A DNA stretch of 64,000 nucleotides from Gemmatimonadaceae bacterium (GTDB taxonomy: Bacteria; Gemmatimonadota; Gemmatimonadetes; Gemmatimonadales; Gemmatimonadaceae), in the NCBI GenBank assembly GCA_035554995.1, contig DATMHK010000048.1:207-64206 (forward strand), read 5' to 3'. Position numbers and translations under genes: made by a program. The notes under the pieces were generated by a model that was given only the letters and a program-made list of their open reading frames with translations, was not told the origin of the DNA and ran no database searches. Below are positions 17,327-29,398 of this stretch, piece by piece (within the stretch, counting starts at the first letter, position 1; every line of letters begins with the position of its first letter).

Positions 17327-19693
17327 ATGTCGAACCGTCCCGCCGTCCTTCCTCTACGCGACGTCGTCGTCTTCCCCTACGTCGCCATGCCGCTCCTCGT
17401 GGGCCGGCAAGCGTCCCTGGCGGCCATCGAGGCCGCCGCGGCGGAGAGTGGGACGTTGTTCCTCGTCACGCAGCGCAGCGCCGACACCGAAGAGCCGGCA
17501 GCGGGTGATCTCCACCGCGTCGGCGTTGTCGCGCGCATTATCCAGGCGACGAGACAAGCCAATGGAACGGCGCGAATTCTCGTCGAGGGTGTGTCGCGCG
17601 CTCGCGTCACGCGCTACGTGCCGGCGACCGGTTTCATGCGCGCGACACTCGCCGAGGAAACCGAGCCGGAAATCGCCGACCCCGACGCGGTCAACGTCCT
17701 CACGCGGCGCGTGCTCGCGCTGTTCGAGGAGTACGTCTCGCTGCACCGGCGCATCCCGAACGAGGTGATCGCGCTCGTTCAGGGCGCGGATTCGCTGGCG
17801 CGGCAGGCCTATGGCATCGCCGCCCATCTCGCCGTGCGCGTCGATGTACGTCAGGAGCTCCTGGCGGCACCGAACGTTCCCGCGCTGCTCGAAGCCTTGA
17901 ATCAAGTGCTCGCCACCGAGACGGAGCTGCTTCGTCTCGAGCGCAAGCTCGACGAAGAGGTTCGTGGCTCGCTCTTTCAGAATCAGCGCGAGTTCTATCT
18001 GCAGGAACAGCTCAAGGCCATCCATCGCGAGCTCGGGCAGGACGACGGCGACGACGTGATGGAGCTCGAGCAGCGCCTGGATGCACGGAAGCTTCCGGAC
18101 AACATCAAACTGCGCACGGTTCGCGAGATCCGAAAACTCCGCAAGATGTCGCCGCTGTCGCCGGAATCGACGGTTGCCCGCAACTTCGTCGACTGGATTC
18201 TCGGTCTGCCGTGGACGGAGCGCACGGACGACATCCTCGACGTCGCACACGCGCGTCGAATTCTCGACGAGGACCACTACGGCCTCGAGGAAGTGAAGGA
18301 TCGAATCCTCGACTACATCGGCGTGCTGTCGCTGGTCGAACGCATGGAAGGTCCCATTCTCTGCCTCGTCGGACCGCCGGGAGTCGGCAAGACCTCTCTC
18401 GGACGTTCGATCGCGCGGGCGCTCGGACGCCGCTTCGTGCGGATGTCGCTCGGCGGCGTGCGCGACGAAGCGGAGATTCGCGGCCACCGGCGAACCTACA
18501 TCGGGTCGATGCCCGGTCGTGTCATTCAGGCAATGCGACGCGCCGAAGTGGTCAACCCGGTGATCCTGCTCGACGAGATCGACAAGCTCGGCAGCGACTA
18601 TCGCGGCGACCCGTCCGCGGCACTGCTCGAGGTGCTCGATCCGGAGCAGAATCGCGCCTTCAACGATCACTACCTCGAGGTCGACTACGATCTCTCGCAG
18701 GTGCTCTTCCTGACGACCGCGAACTATCTCCCGCAGATCCCGGAGCCGCTGCGCGATCGCATGGAGATCATCCGGCTCGCCGGCTACCTCGACCAGGAGA
18801 AGTTCGCCATCGCGCGGCAGTTCCTCGTGCCGAAACAGCTGCGCGCCAACGGGCTCGATCCGAACCATTTCGAATGGGAGAGCGACGTCATTCCGGGGAT
18901 CGTGCACGAGTACACCCGCGAAGCCGGCGTTCGAGAGCTCGAGCGCCGACTCGGCCGAATCGCGCGCAAGCTGGCGCGACGGCGCGCCGAGGCTGGTGAG
19001 CGGCCAGCGAGCGACGCGACGCCCACGCCAAAGGCGAGCATCAAGCGAGCCGAGCTTAAAGACTTGCTGGGAACGCCGCCATACGATCCGGTAGCGCTCG
19101 CCCTCGATCACAAGATCGGCGTCGTGACAGGCCTCGCGTACACGGCGGTAGGCGGCGATGTGCTCGAGATCGAGGTGAGCGTGATCGGCGGCCGCGGCAA
19201 GCTGCAGCTCACCGGTACGCTCGGCGACGTGATGAAAGAATCGGCGAGCGCGGCGCTCAGCTATGCGAGAGCTCGCGCCGGCGTCCTCGGCATCGACCGG
19301 AATTTCTACCGTACACGCGACATGCACATCCACATTCCGGCCGGTGCGACGCCGAAAGACGGCCCGTCGGCGGGGATCGCCATCGCTACGGGAATCGTCA
19401 GCGCCTTGACCGGAATTCCGGTGCGCGGCGACGTGGCGATGACGGGCGAGATCACCCTCCGCGGCCGGGTGCTCGGCATCGGGGGCCTCAAGGAGAAAGC
19501 GGTCGCCGCCCACCGGAACGGCGTTCGGCACGTGCTTATTCCGCAGCAGAACGTTCGAGATCTCGAGGAACTACCGGCCGAAGTGCGGTCCGCGGTCACC
19601 TTCCACCCGGTGCAGACGATGGACGAGGTGCTGCGACTCGCGCTCGTCCACGCCGACTTCGACGCCGAGCCGGCGGTCGTCGCGGCGCACTGA
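17327..19693 (+). CDS. lon: ATP-dependent Lon protease
   Basis: Start trimmed to [19 protein letters not shown] (LON N-domain). Walker A is GPPGVGKTS and the protease Ser context is [10 protein letters not shown]. Confidence 0.97.
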   Translation: MSNRPAVLPLRDVVVFPYVAMPLLVGRQASLAAIEAAAAESGTLFLVTQRSADTEEPAAGDLHRVGVVARIIQATRQANGTARILVEGVSRARVTRYVPATGFMRATLAEETEPEIADPDAVNVLTRRVLALFEEYVSLHRRIPNEVIALVQGADSLARQAYGIAAHLAVRVDVRQELLAAPNVPALLEALNQVLATETELLRLERKLDEEVRGSLFQNQREFYLQEQLKAIHRELGQDDGDDVMELEQRLDARKLPDNIKLRTVREIRKLRKMSPLSPESTVARNFVDWILGLPWTERTDDILDVAHARRILDEDHYGLEEVKDRILDYIGVLSLVERMEGPILCLVGPPGVGKTSLGRSIARALGRRFVRMSLGGVRDEAEIRGHRRTYIGSMPGRVIQAMRRAEVVNPVILLDEIDKLGSDYRGDPSAALLEVLDPEQNRAFNDHYLEVDYDLSQVLFLTTANYLPQIPEPLRDRMEIIRLAGYLDQEKFAIARQFLVPKQLRANGLDPNHFEWESDVIPGIVHEYTREAGVRELERRLGRIARKLARRRAEAGERPASDATPTPKASIKRAELKDLLGTPPYDPVALALDHKIGVVTGLAYTAVGGDVLEIEVSVIGGRGKLQLTGTLGDVMKESASAALSYARARAGVLGIDRNFYRTRDMHIHIPAGATPKDGPSAGIAIATGIVSALTGIPVRGDVAMTGEITLRGRVLGIGGLKEKAVAAHRNGVRHVLIPQQNVRDLEELPAEVRSAVTFHPVQTMDEVLRLALVHADFDAEPAVVAAH

Positions 19694-20316
19694 TGTCGCC
19701 GGCGTCCGAGCCGCTCGTCATCCGCTCTCTCGAGTTCATCGGCGGGATGGCGAGCGCCGGCGGATGGCGTCCGCCGACGGAGCTTCCCGAGATCGCGTTC
19801 GCCGGACGCTCGAACGTCGGGAAATCGTCGCTGCTCAATCGACTGGTTCATCGCAAGAAGTTCGCGCGTGTCAGCAACACGCCGGGGCGCACGCGCGAGG
19901 TGAACTTCTTCAAGGTGAACGACTCTTTTCTGCTCGTGGACCTGCCGGGCTACGGCTACGCCCGCATCTCCAAGGAGCGACGCGCCGAGTGGCGCCCGCT
20001 GATCGAGTCCTATCTCAAGTCGACCAATCAACTCCGCGGTGTCGTTCAACTCCTCGACTCGCGCCATGATCCGACCCCGGACGACCTGCAAATGCTGGAT
20101 TACCTTGGCGACATCGGGGTACCGACCATCATCGTGCTGACCAAGATCGACAAGCTTACCGCCAAGGAACGACAGCGTCAGCGCGCGCAGATCGCCGGTG
20201 CCGCCGGCGTCGACGACGACCAGACGATCGCCTTCAGCGCGACGACCGGCGAAGGCCGGAACGAGCTCGCCGAAGCGATTGAAGGTCTGCTCGCGCAACC
20301 GTCGTGGAGAATATGA
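19693..20316 (+). CDS. engB: Ribosome biogenesis GTPase EngB (YihA/YsxC)
   Basis: 207 aa. G1 is GRSNVGKSSLLN, followed by DLPGYGY and TKIDK. Its ATG overlaps the lon stop (TGATG). Confidence 0.93.
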   Translation: MSPASEPLVIRSLEFIGGMASAGGWRPPTELPEIAFAGRSNVGKSSLLNRLVHRKKFARVSNTPGRTREVNFFKVNDSFLLVDLPGYGYARISKERRAEWRPLIESYLKSTNQLRGVVQLLDSRHDPTPDDLQMLDYLGDIGVPTIIVLTKIDKLTAKERQRQRAQIAGAAGVDDDQTIAFSATTGEGRNELAEAIEGLLAQPSWRI

Positions 20317-20972
20317 TTCGGCACACGACGATCGCGGCAGCGTTTGTCGTTCCTTTCGCCCTGTCGGCATGCACCGGGTCCAACCCGGCGCCGCAAACCG
20401 CCCTACCCGTGCAGCGTCAGGCCGAGACTCCGCGCGACACAGCACAGATCCCCGTCGGACTGGGGACTCTCCGGCAGGAAGACATCGCGATCGTGCTCCA
20501 ACCCGAAGGCGTCCACGCCGAAGCGTTTCCGCTCGACGAATCCGTGCTGCGAACGCTGGCGCCGGACTCGTACAGAACGCTGCGCGCGCGTCTCGATGCG
20601 AGCCGGGCGCAGATCGCGCAACGGGCCGCGATCCGCGGGATTCGCAATCCTCACATGTGGTTTCTGCGCTTCTACGGCTTGGCGCCGGACGCGCGCTTCG
20701 TCCCGACGGACATCACGGTCTCGTCGGGCGGCCGTGAATTCCGGCCCTTCGACGTGATTCCCATCTCGGCTGGTTTCGGCACACAGCGCCTCCAGCCGCG
20801 CGAGACGCAAACCGGCCTGCTGTTGTTCGACGACGGCCTGGACGTGAGTCAGCCGCTCGTTGTGACGATGGGCTCGGAACGCAACACCGACTGGGACGGG
20901 ATCCTGCGTCGCATCGACGCCGAGCGGGCGGCTATTCGCGGGCGCGCGAGTGCCAAAGCACCGCACCCCTGA
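20313..20972 (+). CDS. Hypothetical lipoprotein
   Basis: I prefer the ATG that forms an ATGA overlap with the engB stop. The signal peptide has a good lipobox, FALSAC. No recognisable family. Confidence 0.65.
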   Translation: MIRHTTIAAAFVVPFALSACTGSNPAPQTALPVQRQAETPRDTAQIPVGLGTLRQEDIAIVLQPEGVHAEAFPLDESVLRTLAPDSYRTLRARLDASRAQIAQRAAIRGIRNPHMWFLRFYGLAPDARFVPTDITVSSGGREFRPFDVIPISAGFGTQRLQPRETQTGLLLFDDGLDVSQPLVVTMGSERNTDWDGILRRIDAERAAIRGRASAKAPHP

Positions 20973-21045
20973 TTTGCCGGCCCTTGCAGCGACGCTGACT
21001 TCCCGGCGGGTGTAGACTCCGGGAGACTCAGCCGGCCAGGATCGA

Positions 21046-21884
21046 ATGCCACTGCTTCCGCTTCGTGGGTTGCCCGACCGTTCCACCCGCGACATCGCCA
21101 CGGAATGGATCGAGAAGATCGGCGCCACACTCGCCGATCCGAATTGCGACCGCGCCCTGCTCTGCCGGCGCTCTCTGACTGAGATTGCCTTCCCCGAGTA
21201 CGCGACGAACTGGGAGACCGCGGTCGAGGATCGCGCGCTGCCGGCGGCGACCCGCCTCGCCCTCGCCTCGACCGATCCGCGCAACATCACCCTGGAGCCC
21301 GAGTACTACAGCGACTGCGACGACGCCCGCTTTCAGCGCGTGAAGCCGCTTCTCTGGCTCTGGTACTCGTTCGACCGTACGGTGCTCGGCGGGCAGAATG
21401 TGTGGCTGGGCGTGGAGCTTCGCCGCGTGCTGGCGCGGCACATCTTCAAGCGCTGTGGGGAGAACTTCAAGGCGTTCCAACACGTCGAGTTCTCGTTCGG
21501 CTACAACCTGGAGGTTGGCGACAACGTCGTCGTCCATCGCCATGTGCTCCTCGACGACCGCGGCGGCATCGTGCTCGGCAACCGCGTCTCGATCAGCGAT
21601 TACGCGAACATTTATAGCCATACCCATTCCATCGTCGAGCAAAAGGACGTGACTAACGCCACCACGGTCATCGAGGACGGCGTTCGCATCACGTACCACG
21701 CCACGGTGCTCGCCGGCGTGCACGTTCACGAACAGGGAATGGTCGGCGCGATGGCGTTGGCGACGAAGGACGTTCGTCCGTATCACGTCTACGTCGGCAT
21801 TCCGGCGAAGAGCGTCCGCGTGAAGCCGAACGCGCCGCAGGCCTCAGAAATCTTGCGGACGAGCCGAGACCGCCAGGGCGGCGA

Positions 21885-21888
<4 letters not shown>
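21046..21888 (+). CDS. Hexapeptide-repeat (left-handed beta-helix) acyl/acetyltransferase
   Basis: The C-terminal half carries imperfect hexapeptide repeats (LEVGDNVVVHRHVLLDDRGGIVLGNRVSISDYANIY...VIEDGVRITYHATVLAGVHV). The N-terminal extension of about 100 aa is unassigned. Confidence 0.8.
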
Positions 21889-24065
<2,177 letters not shown>

Positions 24066-24076
24066 CGAATTGGAAC

Positions 24077-24145
24077 GAATTGGGGTCAGACCCTATTTAG
24101 AGAATTCTAAATAGGGTCTGACCCCAATTCGGTACGTCTTCGGGG
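24077..24145. repeat. Palindromic element, copy 1: perfect 25-bp stem, 4-nt loop, plus conserved 3' flank
   Basis: GAATTGGGGTCAGACCCTATTTAGA-GAAT-TCTAAATAGGGTCTGACCCCAATTC (24077-24130) is followed by GGTACGTCTTCGGGG. It fills the gap between the OMP stop (24146) and the ATPase start (24065). Confidence 0.9.
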
Positions 24146-26227
24146 CTAGAGGATTTTCCAGAACTCGCGGATCACGTCGACGCTGAACGTCCAACGGCCG
24201 TTCGTACCCAGGCCGCGCGCTACGTCGAAGCGGAGCAAGTCGAATGGGAACAGGTAGGCGGCGCCGACGGTCGGAAAACCGCGCGGAATCGGTCCGCCGG
24301 TGCCGACGACGTGCGCGAACGGAGCGAACGAGCCGCGCGCCGGCACGCGTCCGAACCGGCCGAGCGAGAACGCGGGGAACGGAGCCGGTATGCGAAGCTC
24401 GAGATGTTCGCTCCAGCCGAACGTCGACACGATCGAGTGGTAGTCGTACCCTGGTCCGGACACGGGTCCGCCAAGATAGACCAGATCGGCGACCGGAACG
24501 GGCGCTCCGCCGATCAGCGTCCGTACACCCGCGACGGTCGTCGCGGTGACGACGCGAAGGTTGCCCGCGGGACGCTCGATGTTGGCGACCAGCGCGCCGC
24601 GAATTGTCCCGAGGTCGGACGCGTCGAACCCTGCGACATTCGACTCGAATGGCAGCGTCAACCTCGCGTCGGCATGAAACGCCAGCTCGGTACCGAGCCA
24701 CCACAGCGACGGAACGCGCTCCGCACCCACCACCCAACGCGTGACATGGCGATCGTCCGCAGGAATTGTCGGCCCGTAATGCCCGGTCACCGGCGTCGCA
24801 TGGACGGCGAGGGCGTTCTGATGCTCGTACGTTCCGGTGAACCGAATCGTCGTGCCACCGAACTCGGGAAACTCGTAGCGCAGTCCGCCAGCTTCCACGA
24901 GATACGGATCCGTGTAGTCGCTTCCGAATTCCTGCGCCGCGAGACTGTTGACCGCGCCCGACCGCTCGGCGACGTCGCCGACGTCTCGAAAGTCGTGCTC
25001 ACCGAACAGTCGGAACGAACCGAACGACGGACGGGCGAAGGTGATCCCGCCGCCGCCCTTCCCCGCGTGGTCGGCGAAGCCGTATCTCGCGCGGCCATCG
25101 ATCGACACGCCGCCGCCGAGCACCTTGGACAAGCCCGTACCCAAGGCCGGCCCCTCCACCCGGTTCACGTGCGCGATGTCCGAGATGGTCCGCGCGGAGA
25201 GGGCCGCGCGCTGCGGGCGAGCGAGCGCCTGGGCGCGCACCAACGCGCGCACTTCCTCTTGCACACGCTGAATGTCCGCGTCGGCCACCGCGCGAACGTC
25301 CGGCGGTAACGAATCGAGGATCCGGCCCTTCCACGGATACTTCGCCGTCACCTCGCGCGGTGCCTGGACGATCTCCGGGCCGGTGAAGATCATCGGAGGC
25401 GGCGAGAGATTGAAGCGATAGTCGCTGATCTCCCAGCGGCCGCGAATGATTCCGCGTGCCGGGAAATCCATCCACGTGCCAGACCGCCGGATCTCCACTT
25501 CCTGGTGGCTCGGCAGCCAGAATCGCCCGCCGACGAGCCGGTTCTCCAGCACGACCGACAGCTCCTCGAGTGCATTGTCCAGAAAGGCCGCTCGCGTGAA
25601 CCCGAGGTTCATACGGACGACCTGGCCCCCCGACGGATCGATGTAGATGGCGCCGACCACGCGCGGCTGGCGGTCGTCCTTCGGCCGGACTTTGACCTCG
25701 TAGACGTTGATTCGCTGCGCCCCGGCACCGATCGCGAAGCTGTCGGTGAGCGCAAAATCGTACTCCCTGAGTCCGAGTGACGACAATGGATGCGGGACGT
25801 CGCGCACTTCGTCGCCTTCGCCGATGCGTATGATGTTGGGGAAGTTGTTCTGGACGATGCCAAGATGGTCGCGGTGATAGGCAATGTCCGTCGGCAACAG
25901 CAACGTGTCGCGCCGACCGATGATTCGCTGCTTGCTCAGGTTGGGCGCGCGCCAGTAGACTTCGAGCTCGAGCTCGTCCGTCTTGATGACCTTCGGCGGT
26001 GTGCGAAGGCCTTCGCCGAGCTGTGCGAGGAAGGCGACGTACCCATGGGCGGAGGCCTGGTAGTCCGCGAGCCCGGTGTCGGCGAGCTGCTCGGCGCGGC
26101 GGCGCGTCGCCCCTTGGGCGAGCGACAGGCTGCGCGGATCGTTCCAGGTTTGCGCCCCCCCCCCCGCGGGTGCGACGCTATCCAACACAGTCGTGACTGC
26201 AAGAAACAACAACGCGGTACGCTTCAC
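24146..26227 (-). CDS. Large outer-membrane protein (Omp85/BamA-superfamily-like C-terminus suspected)
   Basis: Start trimmed to a GTG giving signal peptide VKRTALLFLAVTTVLDSVAPAGGGAQ. The protein is beta-rich with an aromatic-rich C-terminus ...RWTFSVDVIREFWKIL. The family call is tentative. Confidence 0.7.
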   Translation of the reverse strand: MKRTALLFLAVTTVLDSVAPAGGGAQTWNDPRSLSLAQGATRRRAEQLADTGLADYQASAHGYVAFLAQLGEGLRTPPKVIKTDELELEVYWRAPNLSKQRIIGRRDTLLLPTDIAYHRDHLGIVQNNFPNIIRIGEGDEVRDVPHPLSSLGLREYDFALTDSFAIGAGAQRINVYEVKVRPKDDRQPRVVGAIYIDPSGGQVVRMNLGFTRAAFLDNALEELSVVLENRLVGGRFWLPSHQEVEIRRSGTWMDFPARGIIRGRWEISDYRFNLSPPPMIFTGPEIVQAPREVTAKYPWKGRILDSLPPDVRAVADADIQRVQEEVRALVRAQALARPQRAALSARTISDIAHVNRVEGPALGTGLSKVLGGGVSIDGRARYGFADHAGKGGGGITFARPSFGSFRLFGEHDFRDVGDVAERSGAVNSLAAQEFGSDYTDPYLVEAGGLRYEFPEFGGTTIRFTGTYEHQNALAVHATPVTGHYGPTIPADDRHVTRWVVGAERVPSLWWLGTELAFHADARLTLPFESNVAGFDASDLGTIRGALVANIERPAGNLRVVTATTVAGVRTLIGGAPVPVADLVYLGGPVSGPGYDYHSIVSTFGWSEHLELRIPAPFPAFSLGRFGRVPARGSFAPFAHVVGTGGPIPRGFPTVGAAYLFPFDLLRFDVARGLGTNGRWTFSVDVIREFWKIL
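26155..26165 (-). repeat. Homopolymeric tract: 11 G on the coding strand (11 C on +) within codons about 21-25 of the OMP gene
   Basis: Counted directly: tgcgCCCCCC CCCCCgcggg. It encodes the A-G-G-G-A stretch at the predicted signal-peptidase region. Confidence 0.95.
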
Positions 26228-26335
26228 GCCGCGGATCCATGGAAACGACGCATGAAATCCGAATATCGCCGGGCACTTCGACCGGGGCAACCGCGCCGAT
26301 GATCGCACCATCCCGAGTCTCGTGTCCCGTGTCTC

Positions 26336-27856
26336 GTGTCTCATAAGGAATTCCGCGAGTACGTCCGGCGCGTCGCGACCGGCGCGCGCCGGCTGGTCCC
26401 CGTCTGGCGCGACGTATTACTCGACACCGACACACCGGTGGCAGCCTTCGCCAAGCTGCGACAAGATCCATTCGCGTTCTTGCTCGAGTCCGCGCCGGCA
26501 GGCGGCGAGATGTGGGCGCGCTACACCTTCATGGGGAGCGCGCCGCGCGCGGCGTGGCGGCTCGCCGACGGCGTAGTTCACGATTGGACACCCGAACGAG
26601 GCTGGCACAACGAACGCCGCCCCGACGATCCGCTCGCCGACCTCGAGGCGCTGCTCACGGCCGACGAGCCGGTGGCCGCGCCGGAGATCGGCGAGTTCTG
26701 GAGCGGCGCGGTCGGCTTCTTCGGCTACGACGTGGCTCGCCTCATCGAGCGGCTGCCGGCCCCTCCGGCGCGCGGGGTTCCGGTGCCCGACGCGTTGTTC
26801 GTGTTCACGGACGTGCTCGTGATCTTCGACAACCTGCGGTCGGAGGCGCGCGTCGTCGCCGCGGCGCGCGTCTCCAGCGAGGATTCCGACGCGATACTCG
26901 ATGCCGCGTATGACGACGCGACAAGGGCGATCGATGCCACCGTGGCGCGACTTCGTGGTCCCGGCAGCCTTGCCCCGCTCGATCTCGACCCGAAGGCCAA
27001 ACCGGTTGAGGGCCGGTCGAGCTACGATCGGGACAAGTTCCTCGCGGACGTCGAGCGCATCCGGCAGTACATCATCGCCGGCGATGCGTTTCAGGTGCAG
27101 CTGGCGCGGCGCATCGACGTGCCGCTCGACTTCGCGCCGTTGGATCTCTATCGGGCGCTGCGCGTCATCAATCCGTCGCCGTACATGTACCACCTCGTGC
27201 TCGACGGCGTGGAGATCGTCGGCAGCTCGCCGGAGTTGCTCATTCGCGTGAGCGCGAGCGGCACGGTGACGCTTCGTCCGATCGCCGGCACTCGCCGGCG
27301 CGGCCGCTCCGCGGAAGACGACGCGCGCATGACGGAAGAATTGATGAACGACGAAAAGGAGCGTGCCGAGCACCTCATGCTCGTCGATCTGGGACGCAAC
27401 GATGTTGGGCGCGTCGCGTCGTACGGGTCCGTTCGCGTCTCCGACCTCATGGTGATCGAGCGGTACTCGCACGTGCTGCACCTCGTCAGTCAAGTGGACG
27501 GCCAGCTGCGGCCCGGGCTCACGGCAATGGACGCCTTCCGCGCCGGCTTCCCGGCCGGTACCCTCACGGGGGCACCGAAGGTCCGGGCCATGGAGATCAT
27601 CGACGAAATGGAACCCGAGCGACGCGGACCGTATGGCGGCGCGGTGGGATACATCAGCGCCGGCGCAAAGCGAATGGACCTGGCGATCACCATTCGGACC
27701 TGTGTGATCGCCAACGGCGTGGCGTCGGTGCAATCCGCCGCCGGTGTCGTGTACGATTCGGTGCCGGAACAAGAGTTCCTCGAGCACCAGAACAAGGCAC
27801 GCGCGTTGCTCGCGGCAATCGGGCAAGCGCGCGCCGCGCGGACGCGACGGAGTTAG
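26336..27856 (+). CDS. trpE: Anthranilate synthase component I
   Basis: 506 aa. Motifs are LLESAPAGGE, NPSPYMYHL, IAGTRRRG, DEKERAEHLMLVDLGRND and GAPKVRAMEII. It has a GTG start. No trpG/D/C/B/A genes are adjacent. Confidence 0.93.
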   Translation: MSHKEFREYVRRVATGARRLVPVWRDVLLDTDTPVAAFAKLRQDPFAFLLESAPAGGEMWARYTFMGSAPRAAWRLADGVVHDWTPERGWHNERRPDDPLADLEALLTADEPVAAPEIGEFWSGAVGFFGYDVARLIERLPAPPARGVPVPDALFVFTDVLVIFDNLRSEARVVAAARVSSEDSDAILDAAYDDATRAIDATVARLRGPGSLAPLDLDPKAKPVEGRSSYDRDKFLADVERIRQYIIAGDAFQVQLARRIDVPLDFAPLDLYRALRVINPSPYMYHLVLDGVEIVGSSPELLIRVSASGTVTLRPIAGTRRRGRSAEDDARMTEELMNDEKERAEHLMLVDLGRNDVGRVASYGSVRVSDLMVIERYSHVLHLVSQVDGQLRPGLTAMDAFRAGFPAGTLTGAPKVRAMEIIDEMEPERRGPYGGAVGYISAGAKRMDLAITIRTCVIANGVASVQSAAGVVYDSVPEQEFLEHQNKARALLAAIGQARAARTRRS

Positions 27857-29398
27857 ATGCCCTTTCGCCTCCAAAGCACAGAATCGACTTACGGCTACTC
27901 GCTCCCCGAGACGGCCTCGGTCGTCGTCGGCCGCTCGCCGACGAGCGACTTCCCGATCATCGATCCGACGATCTCCCGTCGCCATGCGCAAATCCTGAGG
28001 CAGGACGATCGGATCATCGTGCGCGACCTCGGCTCGAGCAACGGGACGTACGTGAACGGCGTCCGCGTCGAATCGGCCCAGCTCAAGCCCGGCGATCTCG
28101 TCACATTCGGCAAAGTCGGGTTCCGACTCGAGGAGCTGGATCGGCGTTCGACGCCCACGCGGCCGAGCGCGACGATGGCCGAGACGACGACCGGCTCGAC
28201 CATCGTTCGGCAGCGGTCGGTGCTCGACACGCCGGAATTCGCTGCCGACGAGAAGAGCCGCAAGACGCTGGCGACGCTGCTCGAGGTCTCGAAAGGCCTC
28301 GGCAAGACCGCCGACACGGATGCCCTGCTCGACAAGATCGTCGGCTACGCCTATCAGATCCTCGCCGTCGATCGTGTCGCGATCCTCCTGCTGGACGAGC
28401 GCAACGAGCTGGTCTCCAAGATCGCGCGCGATCGTCGCGGCGCCGACAATTCGCGCGCCATTCCACAGTCGATCGCGCGTACGGCGCTCAACGACCGCGT
28501 CGCCATCCTGACCGACAACGCCGGCGAGGATTCGCGCTTCACCGGCCAGTCTATCGTCATGCAGCAAATTCGCTCGGCGATCTGCGTACCGCTGCTGGGC
28601 AGCGAGGGTCCGCTGGGCGTTCTCTACGTGGACCACACCGGCGACGCGCGCGACTTCGCCGACGAAGACTTCGATCTCTGCATCGCCTTCGCCGGCATTG
28701 CCGCCGTGGCGATCGAGAACAACCAGTTCTCGCAGCGGATCCAGCGGCAGATTCTCGCGCGCAGCAACTTCGAGCGCTTCTTCACACCGCAATTGGCGAA
28801 ACGGATCGCCGATTCCGCCGAAACGATCCGCCTCGGCGGCGACAAACGCACCGTCGCCGTGCTGTTCAGCGACGTGCGCGGGTTCACGGCGCTCGCGGAG
28901 TCGATGCGCCCCGAGGAGATCGCGAGCCTGCTCACGGAATATTTCAGCGAGATGGTGGACTGCGTGTTCAGGAACGAGGGCGCGCTCGACAAGTTCATGG
29001 GCGACGAGATCATGGCGCAGTGGGGCGCGCCGATCGGCACCGACGACGACGCCGACCATGCGATGAATGCCGCCCTGGAGATGATTCGCGACCTGAAGCG
29101 CCTCAACGAAGCGTGGCGCGCCGAGGGTCGACCCGAGCTGCAGATTGGCGTTGGGCTGAGCTACGGCGAGGTATTCGCCGGCAACATCGGATCCGAGAAG
29201 CGACTGGAGTTCACCGTCATCGGCGACACCGTCAACGTCGCCAACCGATTGTGCTCCTCCGCCGGACCCGGTGAGATTCTCGTCTCCGACGAGTTCCGCC
29301 GGGCCTTGAAGAAACCGCCGCCGCTCGAGCAGTGTCCACCGATGGAGCTCAAGAACAAGAGCCAACCGGTCACCGTGTATCGCGTCGTCACGTCGTGA
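27857..29398 (+). CDS. FHA-GAF-class III adenylate/guanylate cyclase
   Basis: 513 aa. The FHA domain is VVGRSPTSDFPIIDPTISRRHAQI...SSNGTYVNG, followed by a central GAF-like region. Cyclase motifs are VAVLFSDVRGFTALAE, KFMGDEIMAQWGAP and TVIGDTVNVANRL. Confidence 0.9.
   Translation: MPFRLQSTESTYGYSLPETASVVVGRSPTSDFPIIDPTISRRHAQILRQDDRIIVRDLGSSNGTYVNGVRVESAQLKPGDLVTFGKVGFRLEELDRRSTPTRPSATMAETTTGSTIVRQRSVLDTPEFAADEKSRKTLATLLEVSKGLGKTADTDALLDKIVGYAYQILAVDRVAILLLDERNELVSKIARDRRGADNSRAIPQSIARTALNDRVAILTDNAGEDSRFTGQSIVMQQIRSAICVPLLGSEGPLGVLYVDHTGDARDFADEDFDLCIAFAGIAAVAIENNQFSQRIQRQILARSNFERFFTPQLAKRIADSAETIRLGGDKRTVAVLFSDVRGFTALAESMRPEEIASLLTEYFSEMVDCVFRNEGALDKFMGDEIMAQWGAPIGTDDDADHAMNAALEMIRDLKRLNEAWRAEGRPELQIGVGLSYGEVFAGNIGSEKRLEFTVIGDTVNVANRLCSSAGPGEILVSDEFRRALKKPPPLEQCPPMELKNKSQPVTVYRVVTS

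Noticed and set aside
17354-19531. 725-aa minus-strand ORF opposite lon. The same pattern occurs at 15869-17311 opposite clpX, 36705-38849 opposite glmS/glmM, 48327-49628 opposite ubiD and 58610-59608 opposite the permease.
   Set aside because: All are antisense to strongly conserved genes and have Arg/Asp/Glu/His-rich composition with no motifs, so they are shadow ORFs.
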